Shown here: in pieces, positions 1 to 10,064 of the stretch
Numbering within the stretch: position 1 is the stretch's first letter
How the letters are laid out: every line of letters starts with the position of its first letter
Assembly (NCBI GenBank): GCA_015063645.1
Contig: SVTS01000004.1
Coordinates: 1,155 to 65,154 of the forward strand
DNA length: 64,000 nucleotides
From: Oscillospiraceae bacterium
GTDB lineage: Bacteria; Bacillota; Clostridia; Oscillospirales; CAG-272
Reading direction: 5' to 3'
Notes under the pieces: model-generated
Database searches by the model: none
Told to the model about the DNA's origin: nothing
Seen by the model: the letters and a program-made list of their open reading frames with translations, nothing else
Program-made: the position numbers and the translations under genes

Positions 1-119
1 ATACCATACTTTATCCGTTTTGTATACAAAAATCACTTGCATTCTGCTATAATTATCTTGCCACAGTTGTTTTGCGAACTTGCCGCAAAATTTAATAATG
101 ATTCAAAAGGAGAGTAATC

Positions 120-1613
120 ATGAACGCAAAACGCATTCTCGCAGCACTGCTTGCATCCCTGATGCTCGTACCGGCGCTGGCTGCCTGCTCGGATGAAGGT
201 GCAGGCACCCCCGCGGACGATACCACCGCCGCAGACGTTACCACCGAACCTGCTGAAACCGAACCCCGCGAAACCGAACGCCACGAGATCAAGGACGATC
301 TGCCCAAGGATCTGAAACTGGGCGGCAAGACGATCAACTTCTTTATCGCTACCGAAGCTGTCTATGACAACTACGTCATGGGCAGTGATGAAAAAGCCGG
401 CGATGTAGTCAACGAAGCCGTTCGTCTCCGCAACAATAACGTGCAGGAGCAGTTGGGATTTGTCTTCAAGGCAAGCCGCAACTCAGAGACGCTGGAGACC
501 GTTGGCCCCGCTGTTTCTTCTCTGATTCTGGCAGGCGACTCCACCTATGATGCATTCCTCGCGCAGCAGTGCCGCATCACGGGTCTGGTTTCCCAGAAGC
601 TGTTCTACAACGGCTACGATCTGAAATACGTGAACTATGAGCAGCCGTGGTGGCTGAACAACTTCATGGATGAGCTGACTCTCGGTACGTCCTACCGTCC
701 TCTGCTGGTCAGCGACTTCAATACGGGTACCATCGAGGCGATCCGTGCCAACATCTTCAATAAGGATCTGTACCGTGATCTGTACGGCGATCCTGATGCG
801 CTGTATCAGGAGGTTCTGGACGGCAAATTCACCTTTGACCGCATGAACGAACTGGTTGCCGGTGCATACAAAGATCTGAACGGTAACGGCAAGACCGACG
901 TGGATGACCAGCTGGGTCTTCTGGCGTGGGCTCTGCAGGCATCCGTTGACCCCTTCGTTTACTCCGGTGAGATCGGCTTTACCACCCGCGATAAGGACGG
1001 TTACATCCAGCTGAACATGATTTCCGAGGAAGCGGTTGCTCTGTGCGAGAAGCTCTGCGCCTTCTTCCATCAGCCTGCTGTATCCTCTGCCGCCGGTAAG
1101 AATCCCGCGAACTTCTTCGTGTCCGGTAATATCCTCTTCATGGGCAACGGTACCTTCGGCTCCTGCTCCGCTCTGCGTGATATGGAAGACGACTACGGTA
1201 TTCTGCCCCATCCGAAGATGACGGAAACCCAGGAAACCTACTACTCTCTCGTACATGATACATCTCTGCTGACGGGTGTGTCCATCGCTTCGAAGAATCT
1301 GGATGTTGTCGGTGCGGTTCTGGAAGCGCTTGCCGCCGAATCCTACCGCCGCGTAACGCCCGCATACTATGAATCCGCACTGAAGCTGAAGTATGCCCGC
1401 GATGACGTGTCCTCTCAGATGATCGACCTGATCAAGAGCAACATGACCACCAACTTCATCTATGCATACAATACCTCTCTGAATGCCATCGGTCATATCT
1501 ACCGCACGCTAGTTACCAAGAATAACGTAGAATACGTTTCCATGGTGCAGAGCAAGCTGCCTGCCGCTGAGGCAAGCCTGGCTGAACTGGTTAAGACGTT
1601 CAAGGGTGAGTAA
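120..1613 (+). CDS. extracellular solute-binding lipoprotein, large (~500 aa) ABC sugar-SBP family, paralog group A
   Basis: 497 aa ORF; RBS AAAGGAGAG upstream; signal peptide plus lipobox LAAC; T/E/P-rich linker; close paralog of 55686..57170 and 42967..44448 (shared ETERHEIKDDLP and LPAAE..L.E.VKTFKGE ends). Confidence 0.85.
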   Translation: MNAKRILAALLASLMLVPALAACSDEGAGTPADDTTAADVTTEPAETEPRETERHEIKDDLPKDLKLGGKTINFFIATEAVYDNYVMGSDEKAGDVVNEAVRLRNNNVQEQLGFVFKASRNSETLETVGPAVSSLILAGDSTYDAFLAQQCRITGLVSQKLFYNGYDLKYVNYEQPWWLNNFMDELTLGTSYRPLLVSDFNTGTIEAIRANIFNKDLYRDLYGDPDALYQEVLDGKFTFDRMNELVAGAYKDLNGNGKTDVDDQLGLLAWALQASVDPFVYSGEIGFTTRDKDGYIQLNMISEEAVALCEKLCAFFHQPAVSSAAGKNPANFFVSGNILFMGNGTFGSCSALRDMEDDYGILPHPKMTETQETYYSLVHDTSLLTGVSIASKNLDVVGAVLEALAAESYRRVTPAYYESALKLKYARDDVSSQMIDLIKSNMTTNFIYAYNTSLNAIGHIYRTLVTKNNVEYVSMVQSKLPAAEASLAELVKTFKGE

Positions 1614-1660
1614 GAAAACAAAAAAAGCATCGGAAAACTCCAATGCTCTGGAACACAGAC

Positions 1661-1694
1661 AAAAGCCCACTTCCTTTTCGGAAGTGGGCTTTTT
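1661..1694. terminator. bidirectional rho-independent terminator between SBP gene and pgsA
   Basis: AAAA-GCCCACTTCC-ttttc-GGAAGTGGGC-TTTTT hairpin with A-run and T-run flanks. Confidence 0.8.
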
Positions 1695-1700
1695 CAACAA

Positions 1701-2282
1701 TCAGAAATCTTTCAGGTATTTTGCGTAGCCCCTGAAATAGTCGATACCGCTCCACAGAGTCATCACGATCATTGCCGCCGTGGTAATCCAGGAGAGGATA
1801 TGCCAATCGCAGAACAGAGCCAGGGGAATCAGCGGCTCAAGGAGCACGACAACAATGCACGCCACCTGCGTACAGGTCTTCACTTTCCCCAGCCAAGCTG
1901 CGGCAATCACCTCGCCGCCCTGGGATGCGGCAATCAGGCGCAGGGATGTCACCGCCATTTCGCGGGCGATGACAATCACAGCCGCCCATACGAAAATGGG
2001 GCGCAGATCCGCGCAGGGCGGATAGACCAGAATGCCCAGCATAGCGCCGAACACCATCATCTTATCCGCAAGGGGATCCATCAGCTTGCCGAAATTGGTG
2101 ATCAGATTGTATTTGCGGGCGATTTTGCCGTCCAGCATATCGGTGAAGGATGCCAGACCAAAGATCGCCGCGGCGATCAGTCGGCACGCCCACTCCGGGA
2201 TCGGCAGCGGAACGCACAGGAACACCATGAATATCGGGATCATGACGATCCGCAGCATTGTGAGTTTATTGGGAAGGTTCAT
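1701..2282 (-). CDS. pgsA: CDP-diacylglycerol--glycerol-3-phosphate 3-phosphatidyltransferase
   Basis: MNLPNKLTMLRI... and DMLDGKIARKYN..FGKLMDPLADK CDP-alcohol phosphatidyltransferase motif; start moved to internal ATG at 2282, preceded by AAAGGAGA. Confidence 0.9.
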   Translation of the reverse strand: MNLPNKLTMLRIVMIPIFMVFLCVPLPIPEWACRLIAAAIFGLASFTDMLDGKIARKYNLITNFGKLMDPLADKMMVFGAMLGILVYPPCADLRPIFVWAAVIVIAREMAVTSLRLIAASQGGEVIAAAWLGKVKTCTQVACIVVVLLEPLIPLALFCDWHILSWITTAAMIVMTLWSGIDYFRGYAKYLKDF

Positions 2283-2430
2283 GGAGGGGTCTCCTTTTTG
2301 AAGTTTTGGGGACAATGGCACTGAATCGCGCCTGAAAAACTGAATGCGGATAAAAATAACAAAAATACCGATATGCCGCATTTGTTCGATGGGGCGTCGA
2401 GGGCGCCGCCCCCTACAGTGAAAGGTAGAA

Positions 2431-3780
2431 TTACAGCTTCGTTTCGCCTACGAGGTCGTAGTCCATGGCGTCGGTGATTTTCACGTCCACGAAAGAGCCT
2501 TCGGCGAATCTTGTACCAGCGGGAGAGGTGAAGTACACCTTACCGTCGATCTCCGGCGCATCGTACTGAGTCCGTCCGTAGTGCGCTTCCGATACCACGT
2601 CAAATCCCTCGCAGAGGACATGCACCGTTTTGCCCACAAAGCGGCGCTTCGCCTTTTCGCTGATCTCCGCCTGGGCACGCATGATGATATCCGCACGGTC
2701 CTGTGCAACCTGAGGATCGATCTGATCGGGCATATCGTATGCGGGGGTTCCCTCCTCACGGGAGTAGGGGAACACGCCCAGACATTCAAACTTCTCCTCC
2801 GCGGCAAAGCGGCACAGCTCCTCGAAATCCGCCTCGGTTTCACCCGGGAATCCGGTGATCAGTGTGGTGCGGAGCGTGATACCCGGCACGCCTTCTCTCA
2901 GGCGATGGATCGCATCGCGGATGCAGGCGCTGTCGCCGTGACGGTTCATCCGCGCCAGCACTGTGTCGGACGCATGCTGCACCGGAATATCGATATATTT
3001 CACAACGCGGTCGTTGTACGCGATCTCGTCGATCAGCTCCGGCGTGATCTTATCCGGATAGCAGTAGAGCAGCCGGATCCACGGAATCTTCGTCGCCTCC
3101 GTGATGGCGCGGATCAGCTTCGGCAGTGCGTATTCGCCGTAGATATCCCGTCCGTAGGCGGAAGTATCCTGCGCCACCAGCACCACTTCGCGAATCGCCA
3201 TGTCGTCCAAGGTCTTTGCCTCGGCGACAATATCCTCAATCGTGCGGGAACGCATGTTGCCCCGGATGCCGGGGATTGCGCAGTACGCACAGCGGTTGTC
3301 GCAGCCCTCAGAGATTTTCAGATACGCATACGCGTCGGTGGTCACCACACGGTCGCCGCCTAGCGCCAGCTTCTCCTTGTCGTCAAAACGGGCGTATTTC
3401 TTCTCTGATTTCTTATCCAGAGCCGCCTCAATCGCCTCTACGATGGAGTGAATGGAGCCGACACCGATCACTGCATCCACCTCGGGCATATCGGTGAGGA
3501 TCTCCTCCCGATAGCGCTCCGGCAGACAGCCGGTCACAACCAGCGCCTTCAGATTCGCATGCTCCTTCAGCCAGGCAACGTCCAGAATATTGTCAATCGC
3601 CTCGCGCTTCGCGCTCTCAATGAACGCACAGGTGTTCACAATCACAACATCGGCTTCGCTCTCCTCCGGCGTGATCGTGTATCCTGCCTGCGCCACATGC
3701 GCCAGCATCACCTCAGTGTCCAGCTGATTCTTCGGACATCCGAGGGAGACAAATCCAACTTTGATATCGCTTTTCTTCAT
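2431..3780 (-). CDS. rimO: ribosomal protein S12 methylthiotransferase RimO (radical SAM, MTTase N-domain + TRAM)
   Basis: 449 aa; VGFVSLGCPKNQLDTE N-terminus, CDNRCAYCAIP radical-SAM cluster, C-terminal TRAM-like segment. Confidence 0.9.
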   Translation of the reverse strand: MKKSDIKVGFVSLGCPKNQLDTEVMLAHVAQAGYTITPEESEADVVIVNTCAFIESAKREAIDNILDVAWLKEHANLKALVVTGCLPERYREEILTDMPEVDAVIGVGSIHSIVEAIEAALDKKSEKKYARFDDKEKLALGGDRVVTTDAYAYLKISEGCDNRCAYCAIPGIRGNMRSRTIEDIVAEAKTLDDMAIREVVLVAQDTSAYGRDIYGEYALPKLIRAITEATKIPWIRLLYCYPDKITPELIDEIAYNDRVVKYIDIPVQHASDTVLARMNRHGDSACIRDAIHRLREGVPGITLRTTLITGFPGETEADFEELCRFAAEEKFECLGVFPYSREEGTPAYDMPDQIDPQVAQDRADIIMRAQAEISEKAKRRFVGKTVHVLCEGFDVVSEAHYGRTQYDAPEIDGKVYFTSPAGTRFAEGSFVDVKITDAMDYDLVGETKL

Positions 3781-3819
3781 AGGGTAATCCTTTCAGTCAG
3801 GGAGCTCCGCCTCCGACAC

Positions 3820-4464
3820 TCAAAACTCCGCAATAGCTTCCTTGATCTCGCTTCCCGTGTATCCCAGCCTGAGCAGAGACAGAACCATCTTCTGCATCTC
3901 CCCGGGATCCTTAGGCGGAGCACCGTATTTCTTCTCAATAATCGCGTGCAGGGCACGGCGGAAATCCTCCTCCGGAATCGCCGCGATCGCATCGCGGATC
4001 ACCTCTTCGGGATAGCCGCGGGCGGCAAGCTCCGCCGTAATGCGCCGCTTGCCCCAGTATTTGCGATGCAGATAGATCTCCGCACTGCGTTCCGCCTGCG
4101 CTTCTTCTCGGACAAATCCGTGCTCGACGGCATAATCTGCCGCCTCCTCACAGATCTCCGCATCAAATCCGTACTGCGCCAGACGCGCCGCCAGATTGTG
4201 TCGGCTCTGTCCGGAATAGGAAAGAATGCTCTTCATCCGCGCAATGGCGCGGGAGAACGCGGCGTTGTGCTCCATCTGCAGATAGTCTGCCTCGGCAAGA
4301 ATCACACCGGGCTTCATTTTACCCCAGAGCCACAGCTCCCGGGTGATCAGATACTGCGCCTCCGCGGCTTTTGCGGCGGCGGATGCACCGTCCTCCTCAA
4401 CAAGAACGGTGACCGAGATCCCCGCAGGGGATTCTGAGATTGATGTAACAGTGTAGGTATTCAC
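3820..4464 (-). CDS. recX: RecX-family regulatory protein
   Basis: C-terminal repeated three-helix RecX-like segments (..NLAARLAQYGFDAEICEEA.., ..ITAELAARGYPEEVIRDAI.., ..MVLSLLRLGYTGSEIKEAI..); GTG start at 4464 preceded by AAAGGAG; the longest ORF would start at 4530. Confidence 0.65.
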   Translation of the reverse strand: MNTYTVTSISESPAGISVTVLVEEDGASAAAKAAEAQYLITRELWLWGKMKPGVILAEADYLQMEHNAAFSRAIARMKSILSYSGQSRHNLAARLAQYGFDAEICEEAADYAVEHGFVREEAQAERSAEIYLHRKYWGKRRITAELAARGYPEEVIRDAIAAIPEEDFRRALHAIIEKKYGAPPKDPGEMQKMVLSLLRLGYTGSEIKEAIAEF

Positions 4465-4591
4465 GGGTAACTCCTTTTCGGGTGCGGATCCGTCCCGCAG
4501 GACGGCATCCGGTACAGACACCGCCGGCAAAGCACATCACCGTTTGCCCACGGCATCTGAAAATGCATTTTTGTTCTTGAATTTTTGTATA

Positions 4592-5749
4592 TTATGCGCG
4601 GCAAACCGTGCCGGCGCGGACTTCAAATACGGATACTTCGCTGAGACGGCTGAGCGCTGTATCCGGCTCGCAGGAGGTGATAATCACCTGTCTCTCCCCC
4701 AAAGCGGAGAGCAGATAATTCCGCCGTCCCGCATCCAGCTCGGAAAAGACATCGTCCAGCAGATACACCGGCTCCTCACCGCCCAGCGTGCGCGACAGTG
4801 CGCCCTCGCCCAGCTTCATCGCCAGTGCCAGCGATCTTGTCTGTCCCTGGGAGGCGTACAGTTTTGCTGCCTCGCCGTTCAGACTGATCGTGATATCGTC
4901 CCGGTGAACACCGTGAAGCGTTGTTCCCGCGGCGATCTCCCTCTGCCTCTCGCAGCACAAACCATCGTAAATCGCCTGCGCTAATGCAGGCGCGGGATGC
5001 GCGGCTCGCTCATGCACGTCCGCGTCACATGCAGGCGGGGTGCAGTACGCCGCTCCGATCCCGGTATAGGTGAGACAGGGCGTCTCCCGTCCCTCCGTCA
5101 TCTCGGCAAAACATTCCGCCACATAGCAGGACAGCCGATCCGTGTATGCCGCACGCGCCGCCGCGATAAAGGCGCCGCTGCGGGCAAGCTGTTCCGCGTA
5201 TACATCCCACTGCTGCGGGCTGACACTGCCGCCGTCGGCGGCAAAACGCAGAAGCGCGTTCCGCTCCGTCAGCGTACGGGTGTAGGCGGTCAGTGCCGAT
5301 ACGTACCGTGGAAACAGCTGCGCAATGGCGATATCCAGAAAACTCCGCCGCTCGGCGGGGGATCCGCTGACAAGCGCCAGATGCTCCGGCGAAAACAGCA
5401 CCGCACGGAACGAGCCCACCAGTTCCTTCACACCGGACAGCGGCGCGCCGCCCCGGGTGAGACGTTTTCTCCCCGTCCGGGGAATCACCGCTTTCAGCGC
5501 GGTATCGTAGGCATCGCCCTCCGCACGGCATATCAGCTCCGCTTCGGCAAAATCCTCGCCTGTGCGGATCAGCAGCTTATCCGGAACGCCCCGGAAGGAT
5601 TTTCCACGCGAAAAATAGTAGATTCCCTCCAGAATGTTGGACTTGCCCTGGGCATTCTCGCCCCAGAGCACGTTCACGCCGGGTGAAAATTCCACCTCGG
5701 CGGACGCAATATTGCGGAAATTCTCAAATGTGATTTTCTTTGCTTTCAT
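4592..5749 (-). CDS. recF: DNA replication and repair protein RecF
   Basis: 385 aa; FENFRN..., Walker A GENAQGKSNILE, signature SQGQTRSLALAMKL, Walker B YLLDDVFSELD; ATG overlaps stop of upstream gene (ATGA). Confidence 0.9.
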   Translation of the reverse strand: MKAKKITFENFRNIASAEVEFSPGVNVLWGENAQGKSNILEGIYYFSRGKSFRGVPDKLLIRTGEDFAEAELICRAEGDAYDTALKAVIPRTGRKRLTRGGAPLSGVKELVGSFRAVLFSPEHLALVSGSPAERRSFLDIAIAQLFPRYVSALTAYTRTLTERNALLRFAADGGSVSPQQWDVYAEQLARSGAFIAAARAAYTDRLSCYVAECFAEMTEGRETPCLTYTGIGAAYCTPPACDADVHERAAHPAPALAQAIYDGLCCERQREIAAGTTLHGVHRDDITISLNGEAAKLYASQGQTRSLALAMKLGEGALSRTLGGEEPVYLLDDVFSELDAGRRNYLLSALGERQVIITSCEPDTALSRLSEVSVFEVRAGTVCRA

Positions 5750-6468
5750 ATGCCCTCACGGGGGATCAGCGCACAGCCGCCGTCCATCCATTCCAGATGA
5801 CAGAACTGCGTGCCGCCGTCCTCACGGGTGATCATTGCTATCAGACCGCCGTCCGGCTCCTCATACAGTGAAGCGGATACGCCTTCGATTTCGATGGGCA
5901 GCGGAATTTCTGTCCATGCGGATACCCAGGGCGAAAACTGCGCCGCAGCAGCGGCTTTTCCCTGACGGAAATACAGCATGGCAGCTCGCTCACCCGGCGC
6001 AAGCCACAGCACGGGAGACTCCCCTCCCGGCAGAATCAGCTGCGGATCTCTGCGGCTGCCCGGCAGAATCCGGTAAATATCCCTGCCGGATACACTGCGG
6101 CGGGTGAAGAAAAGCTGATCAAAGAACAGCTTCCCGTCCGTGCAGTCCCAGTCTGGCGGCGTAAGGATTCCGCCTTCCGGGCGAAATCTGCTGATGCCCG
6201 GCATAAATTCCTGCGTGGTGAACAGCCGGATTCCGTGCCTGCCCTCCGCGGTGTCCACGGTGACGGCAAGCGTATCGCCGCTCAGATGAGGCGATGACCA
6301 GCCGGTGATCCCCTCCGCATCCGCCGCCTGTATCAGCGGACGGGGCACGGAATAATGGATAAAATCCCGCGTGACCTGCTCGTATACGCCCGATCCGTCC
6401 GCGGATATCAGATAATACTGTCCACTGTCCGGGATAACGTGCGCCGCACGGGGAATACATTCGTTCAT
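5746..6468 (-). CDS. hypothetical protein, no recognisable motif
   Basis: 240 aa ORF with RBS GGGAGGAG; translationally coupled to recF by a 4-nt ATGA overlap; high GC3 coding pattern. Confidence 0.55.
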   Translation of the reverse strand: MNECIPRAAHVIPDSGQYYLISADGSGVYEQVTRDFIHYSVPRPLIQAADAEGITGWSSPHLSGDTLAVTVDTAEGRHGIRLFTTQEFMPGISRFRPEGGILTPPDWDCTDGKLFFDQLFFTRRSVSGRDIYRILPGSRRDPQLILPGGESPVLWLAPGERAAMLYFRQGKAAAAAQFSPWVSAWTEIPLPIEIEGVSASLYEEPDGGLIAMITREDGGTQFCHLEWMDGGCALIPREGI

Positions 6469-6484
6469 GCGCTCCTCCCGTTTT

Positions 6485-7372
6485 TCAGACGAGGGACAGA
6501 ACGCCGTTCTCTTCTTTCAGATAAAACAGCCGCATCCTCTCTGCACCGCCGGGGGTGTTGGGCGTATGCAGACTCACGCGCAGATCGCCCGCAAGATCCG
6601 TGAAGATCATGCCGTGACCGCCGTCCGCCGTGTACAGAAGCGGATTCGTCTGCTTCCAGGGACCGCACAGTTTTCCCGACGGGGATACGGCAGCCGCCAG
6701 CACGTAGCGTTTCGGCTGATCGGGAGACGGTCGTCCGCCGGATGACCAGAGCATGGCAAGCGCTCCGCTCCGCATTTTGTGCAGAAACGGTCCGTCCGTG
6801 ACCAGATTGTCCTTCCGTCCGTTCCGATCGGAGGGGAACGGCGGCAGTGCCCATTCAGCTTCCGAGGCGCGGAAGAGCAGCTGCGGCTCACCCGCCGCCG
6901 CGGACAGATCCGCTTTCAGCGGCACGGCGCAGATCTCGCCGTCGCCCACCTGCAGCCATTCGTGGCAGAATACCATATAGGGTATCCCGTCCTCCTCGTA
7001 CAGCGTTCCGTCCAGCGCTTCCCAGTCACGGGGTGTGGCGGGAGCGTCGGATATGGGAACAAAGTTCATCCCCTCCTCGGGGCAGAACGTATCGGATACA
7101 AAAATCTGCGTACCACGGCAGGCACTGTCGCTCTTCAGGGAAAGGAAGAGATACCATTTTCCCCCGTACGCATGTACCTCCGGCGCCCAGTAATCCCGCG
7201 TCGCCCAGAATCCCTCCGGCGGCGTAAAAATCGGCATCGGATCGGAGAAATGAATCAGATCCTCCGACGCCCGGGCGCAGACCCCTTTACCTCTGGACGC
7301 GATCAGATAATACTTCCCGTTTGCACAGACAATAAACGGATCGCGTACATTTATATCGTTTATGTGATTCAT
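6485..7372 (-). CDS. glycoside hydrolase family 43-like protein (five-bladed beta-propeller)
   Basis: VRDPFIV..GKYYL, YWAPEVH..GKWYLF and GIPYMVFCHEW blocks typical of GH43; start uncertain (7372 MNHIND, 7414 or 7435 are possible). Confidence 0.75.
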   Translation of the reverse strand: MNHINDINVRDPFIVCANGKYYLIASRGKGVCARASEDLIHFSDPMPIFTPPEGFWATRDYWAPEVHAYGGKWYLFLSLKSDSACRGTQIFVSDTFCPEEGMNFVPISDAPATPRDWEALDGTLYEEDGIPYMVFCHEWLQVGDGEICAVPLKADLSAAAGEPQLLFRASEAEWALPPFPSDRNGRKDNLVTDGPFLHKMRSGALAMLWSSGGRPSPDQPKRYVLAAAVSPSGKLCGPWKQTNPLLYTADGGHGMIFTDLAGDLRVSLHTPNTPGGAERMRLFYLKEENGVLSLV

Positions 7373-7529
7373 ATTTTCTTTTTTACAGCACAGCTGTATT
7401 CTGTTCACCGCCATACCCCCGGAGATTGCCGGCATTCCGCCGCAGGCGGAACGCGGACTGAGTCCGCACGGCAGGCTCGCGAGAGCGGTCGCTTTCCTTA
7501 CACTTCAGGATGACTTTCCGTCACCCTGC

Positions 7530-8678
7530 TCATTCAGGATCATCCAGTCCGAGATCCTCGCCGCTATCTTCGTCCTCGTCACCCATGGACAGAAGACGGA
7601 TATCCAGCGGCTCGTCGTCGCCTTCTTCAAAATCTGCCTTGTCTTCGGCGGCTGCCTTGTCGCGAATCAGAGCCTCGATTTCATCGGACAATTCCGGATT
7701 GTCCTCCAGGAATTTGCGCGCGTTGTCCTTGCCCTGACCGATCCGCTGACCGGAGTAGGAGAACCATGCGCCGCTCTTTTCCACAACCTCCAGCTTGACT
7801 GCCATCTCCAGAATCTCCGATGCCTTAGAGATGCCCTCGCCGTAGAGAATATCGAATTCCGCCGTCTTGAACGGGGGCGCTACCTTATTCTTGACCACCT
7901 TGCAGCGGACATGGTTGCCCACCACTTCGGAGCCGTTCTTGATGCTCTCCACGCGGCGGATATCAATGCGGACGGAGGCGTAGAACTTCAGCGCCTTACC
8001 GCCGGGCGTCGTCTCGGGATTGCCGTACATCACGCCCACTTTTTCACGCATCTGGTTCAGGAAAATCACGATGCAGCGGGTCTTGGATACGGTGCCGGAC
8101 AGCTTACGCAGTGCCTGGGACATCAGTCTTGCCTGCAGACCGACGTGCGCCGCACCCATGTCGCCCTCGATCTCCTGCTGGGGCACCAGTGCCGCTACGG
8201 AGTCGATAACCACAATATCAATGGCGCCGGAGCGGACCAGCGCTTCGCAGATTTCCAGACCCTGCTCGCCGGAGTCGGGCTGAGAAACCAGCATGGAATC
8301 TATATTGACGCCCAGAGCCTTGGCGTATACCGGATCCAGCGCGTGCTCCGCGTCGATGAATGCCGCCTCGCCGCCGGCTTTCTGTACTTCCGCAATAGCA
8401 TGAAGCGCCAGCGTAGTCTTACCGGAGGATTCGGGACCGTATATCTCAATAATGCGTCCGCGGGGAAGTCCGCCGACACCCAGTGCCATATCCAGATTCA
8501 GTGAACCGGTGGATACGGAGGAAACCTCCATGCGGGGGTTCTCACCCATCTTGATGATGGAGCCTTTGCCATAGGCACGCTCGATCTGGGAAATCGCGGA
8601 GGATATCGCTTTCTGCTTCTCTTCCGGCGTAGCATCCGCCGCGAGAGCAGTGGAGGTGGGTTTCTTCGTGGATTTCAT
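7530..8678 (-). CDS. recA: recombinase RecA
   Basis: [15 protein letters not shown], Walker [24 protein letters not shown]; start at MKSTKK (8678) with RBS GAAAGGAA; long acidic C-terminal tail. Confidence 0.97.
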   Translation of the reverse strand: MKSTKKPTSTALAADATPEEKQKAISSAISQIERAYGKGSIIKMGENPRMEVSSVSTGSLNLDMALGVGGLPRGRIIEIYGPESSGKTTLALHAIAEVQKAGGEAAFIDAEHALDPVYAKALGVNIDSMLVSQPDSGEQGLEICEALVRSGAIDIVVIDSVAALVPQQEIEGDMGAAHVGLQARLMSQALRKLSGTVSKTRCIVIFLNQMREKVGVMYGNPETTPGGKALKFYASVRIDIRRVESIKNGSEVVGNHVRCKVVKNKVAPPFKTAEFDILYGEGISKASEILEMAVKLEVVEKSGAWFSYSGQRIGQGKDNARKFLEDNPELSDEIEALIRDKAAAEDKADFEEGDDEPLDIRLLSMGDEDEDSGEDLGLDDPE

Positions 8679-8765
8679 ATGTAGGGTTCCTTTCGGGGAT
8701 ATATTTTGAAATGACCGTATTCTTCTCGTATATGCAAAGTCGCGGGGCATAGAATCCCAAGTATT

Positions 8766-8794
8766 ATTATACCACAAATGCGCACCCATGTCCA
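8766..8794 (-). promoter_or_regulatory. sigma-A type promoter for recA
   Basis: On minus strand TGGACA-17 nt-TATAAT preceded by TGG (extended -10); about 80 nt leader to recA. Confidence 0.6.
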
Positions 8795-8844
8795 TGATTA
8801 TTTCAGAAAATCCGCCTGAAATTTCACCGGATAGGGGACGGCTG

Positions 8845-8872
8845 TTGACATCATCCGTTTTTTCAGTATAAT
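8845..8872 (+). promoter_or_regulatory. sigma-A type promoter for GNAT-cyclase gene
   Basis: TTGACA-16 nt-TATAAT. Confidence 0.65.
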
Positions 8873-8909
8873 TATAGATAGAAATATCATAGACAGATGA
8901 GGTTTTTCC

Positions 8910-10001
8910 ATGAAATTCCGTACAGCAAAACCGCAGGATGCCGCCGCCATCGGCGTCCTTTATGAAGAAGCAAAAGCGTCCATGCGTGCCCTCGGCATTG
9001 ATCAGTGGCAGAGAGGCATTCCCTCCGCCGACACAGCCGCCGCCGATATTGCCGCAGGAGTCAGCCGCGTTGCCGAGGCGGACGGGCAGGTCGTTCTCTC
9101 CTACACCTTCGTCCCCGGCGGCGAAGCCGATTATGAGAAAATCGAGGGCGCATGGCTCACGGACGGCGCGGATTATGCCGCCATGCACCGCGTGGTGATC
9201 GCATCCACCCTCCGGGGCACGGGCGCATCCACGCAGATGATCCGGCAGGTGATCGCCGAAGCACGCGGCAGAGGATTTTCCTCCATCCGTGTGGACACCC
9301 ATCCCGGCAATCTGCCCATGCGGCGGATGCTGGAAAAGCACGGATTTATCCACTGCGGCACAATCCACCTCATCGGCGGTCCCGATGACGGCGCGGAGCG
9401 TGTCGCCTACGAGCGGATTCTGACAAAACGTCTGTATGACATCACCCAGGAGCTGTTCTCCTCCGTGGTCTTCCCCGGTGATCCGGCACCGACGCCGGAA
9501 GCGCTTGCCGCCATAGCAGACGGTGCTGCGGTCAACGTCACCGCACTCCACATGTGCGCCCACAACGGCACCCATCTGGATGCACCGCTCCATTTCATCG
9601 ACGGTGCTAAATCCGTCACCGATTTCCCGCTGGAAACCTACATCGGCGAAGCGGATGTGGTGGAATGCACCAAGGAATTCTTCACCGCAGAGGATGCCGC
9701 GCGGCTGATTCCTACGGGATGCCGCCGGCTGCTGATCCGCGGCGGCGGAATCCCCGATGAGGGCGGTGCGCAGGCGATCGTGGATGCGGGCATTATTCTG
9801 GTAGGCGTGGAGCCGCAGAGCGTGGGCGACGCAAAACGTCCCCGTGCCGTGCATATGATCCTGCTCTCCGCCGATATAATTCCGCTGGAGGGTATCCGCC
9901 TCGGCGAAGTCCCCGTGGGACGCTACACGCTCTTTGCCGCTCCGATGAAATGCGGCGGCATTGAAGGTGCGCCTGTCCGCGCAGTTCTGGCAGAGATGTG
10001 A
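8910..10001 (+). CDS. fusion protein: N-terminal GNAT acetyltransferase + C-terminal putative cyclase / kynurenine-formamidase-like domain
   Basis: N-half has GNAT acetyl-CoA fold pattern (..[22 protein letters not shown]..); C-half carries [11 protein letters not shown] (HxGTHxDxPxH cyclase-family metal motif). Confidence 0.75.
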   Translation: MKFRTAKPQDAAAIGVLYEEAKASMRALGIDQWQRGIPSADTAAADIAAGVSRVAEADGQVVLSYTFVPGGEADYEKIEGAWLTDGADYAAMHRVVIASTLRGTGASTQMIRQVIAEARGRGFSSIRVDTHPGNLPMRRMLEKHGFIHCGTIHLIGGPDDGAERVAYERILTKRLYDITQELFSSVVFPGDPAPTPEALAAIADGAAVNVTALHMCAHNGTHLDAPLHFIDGAKSVTDFPLETYIGEADVVECTKEFFTAEDAARLIPTGCRRLLIRGGGIPDEGGAQAIVDAGIILVGVEPQSVGDAKRPRAVHMILLSADIIPLEGIRLGEVPVGRYTLFAAPMKCGGIEGAPVRAVLAEM

Positions 10002-10064
10002 CGGGAGAAACGGTCGCTTTTTCAGGAAAAAACTCCCCAAAAAGCTCTATGCAGGAGAAACATC

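Noticed and set aside
8679-8765. LexA/DinR (Cheo box GAAC-N4-GTTC) operator in the recA leader
   Set aside because: I looked for the consensus and found only a weak resemblance (AGAAGAATACGGTC). That is not sufficient to call an SOS box.
7530-10040. 836 aa ORF extending recA far upstream
   Set aside because: Only the C-terminal 383 aa are RecA, starting at MKSTKK with an RBS. The upstream part is antisense to the well-supported GNAT-cyclase gene, crosses two promoters and has junk-like Gly/Arg/Cys-rich composition.
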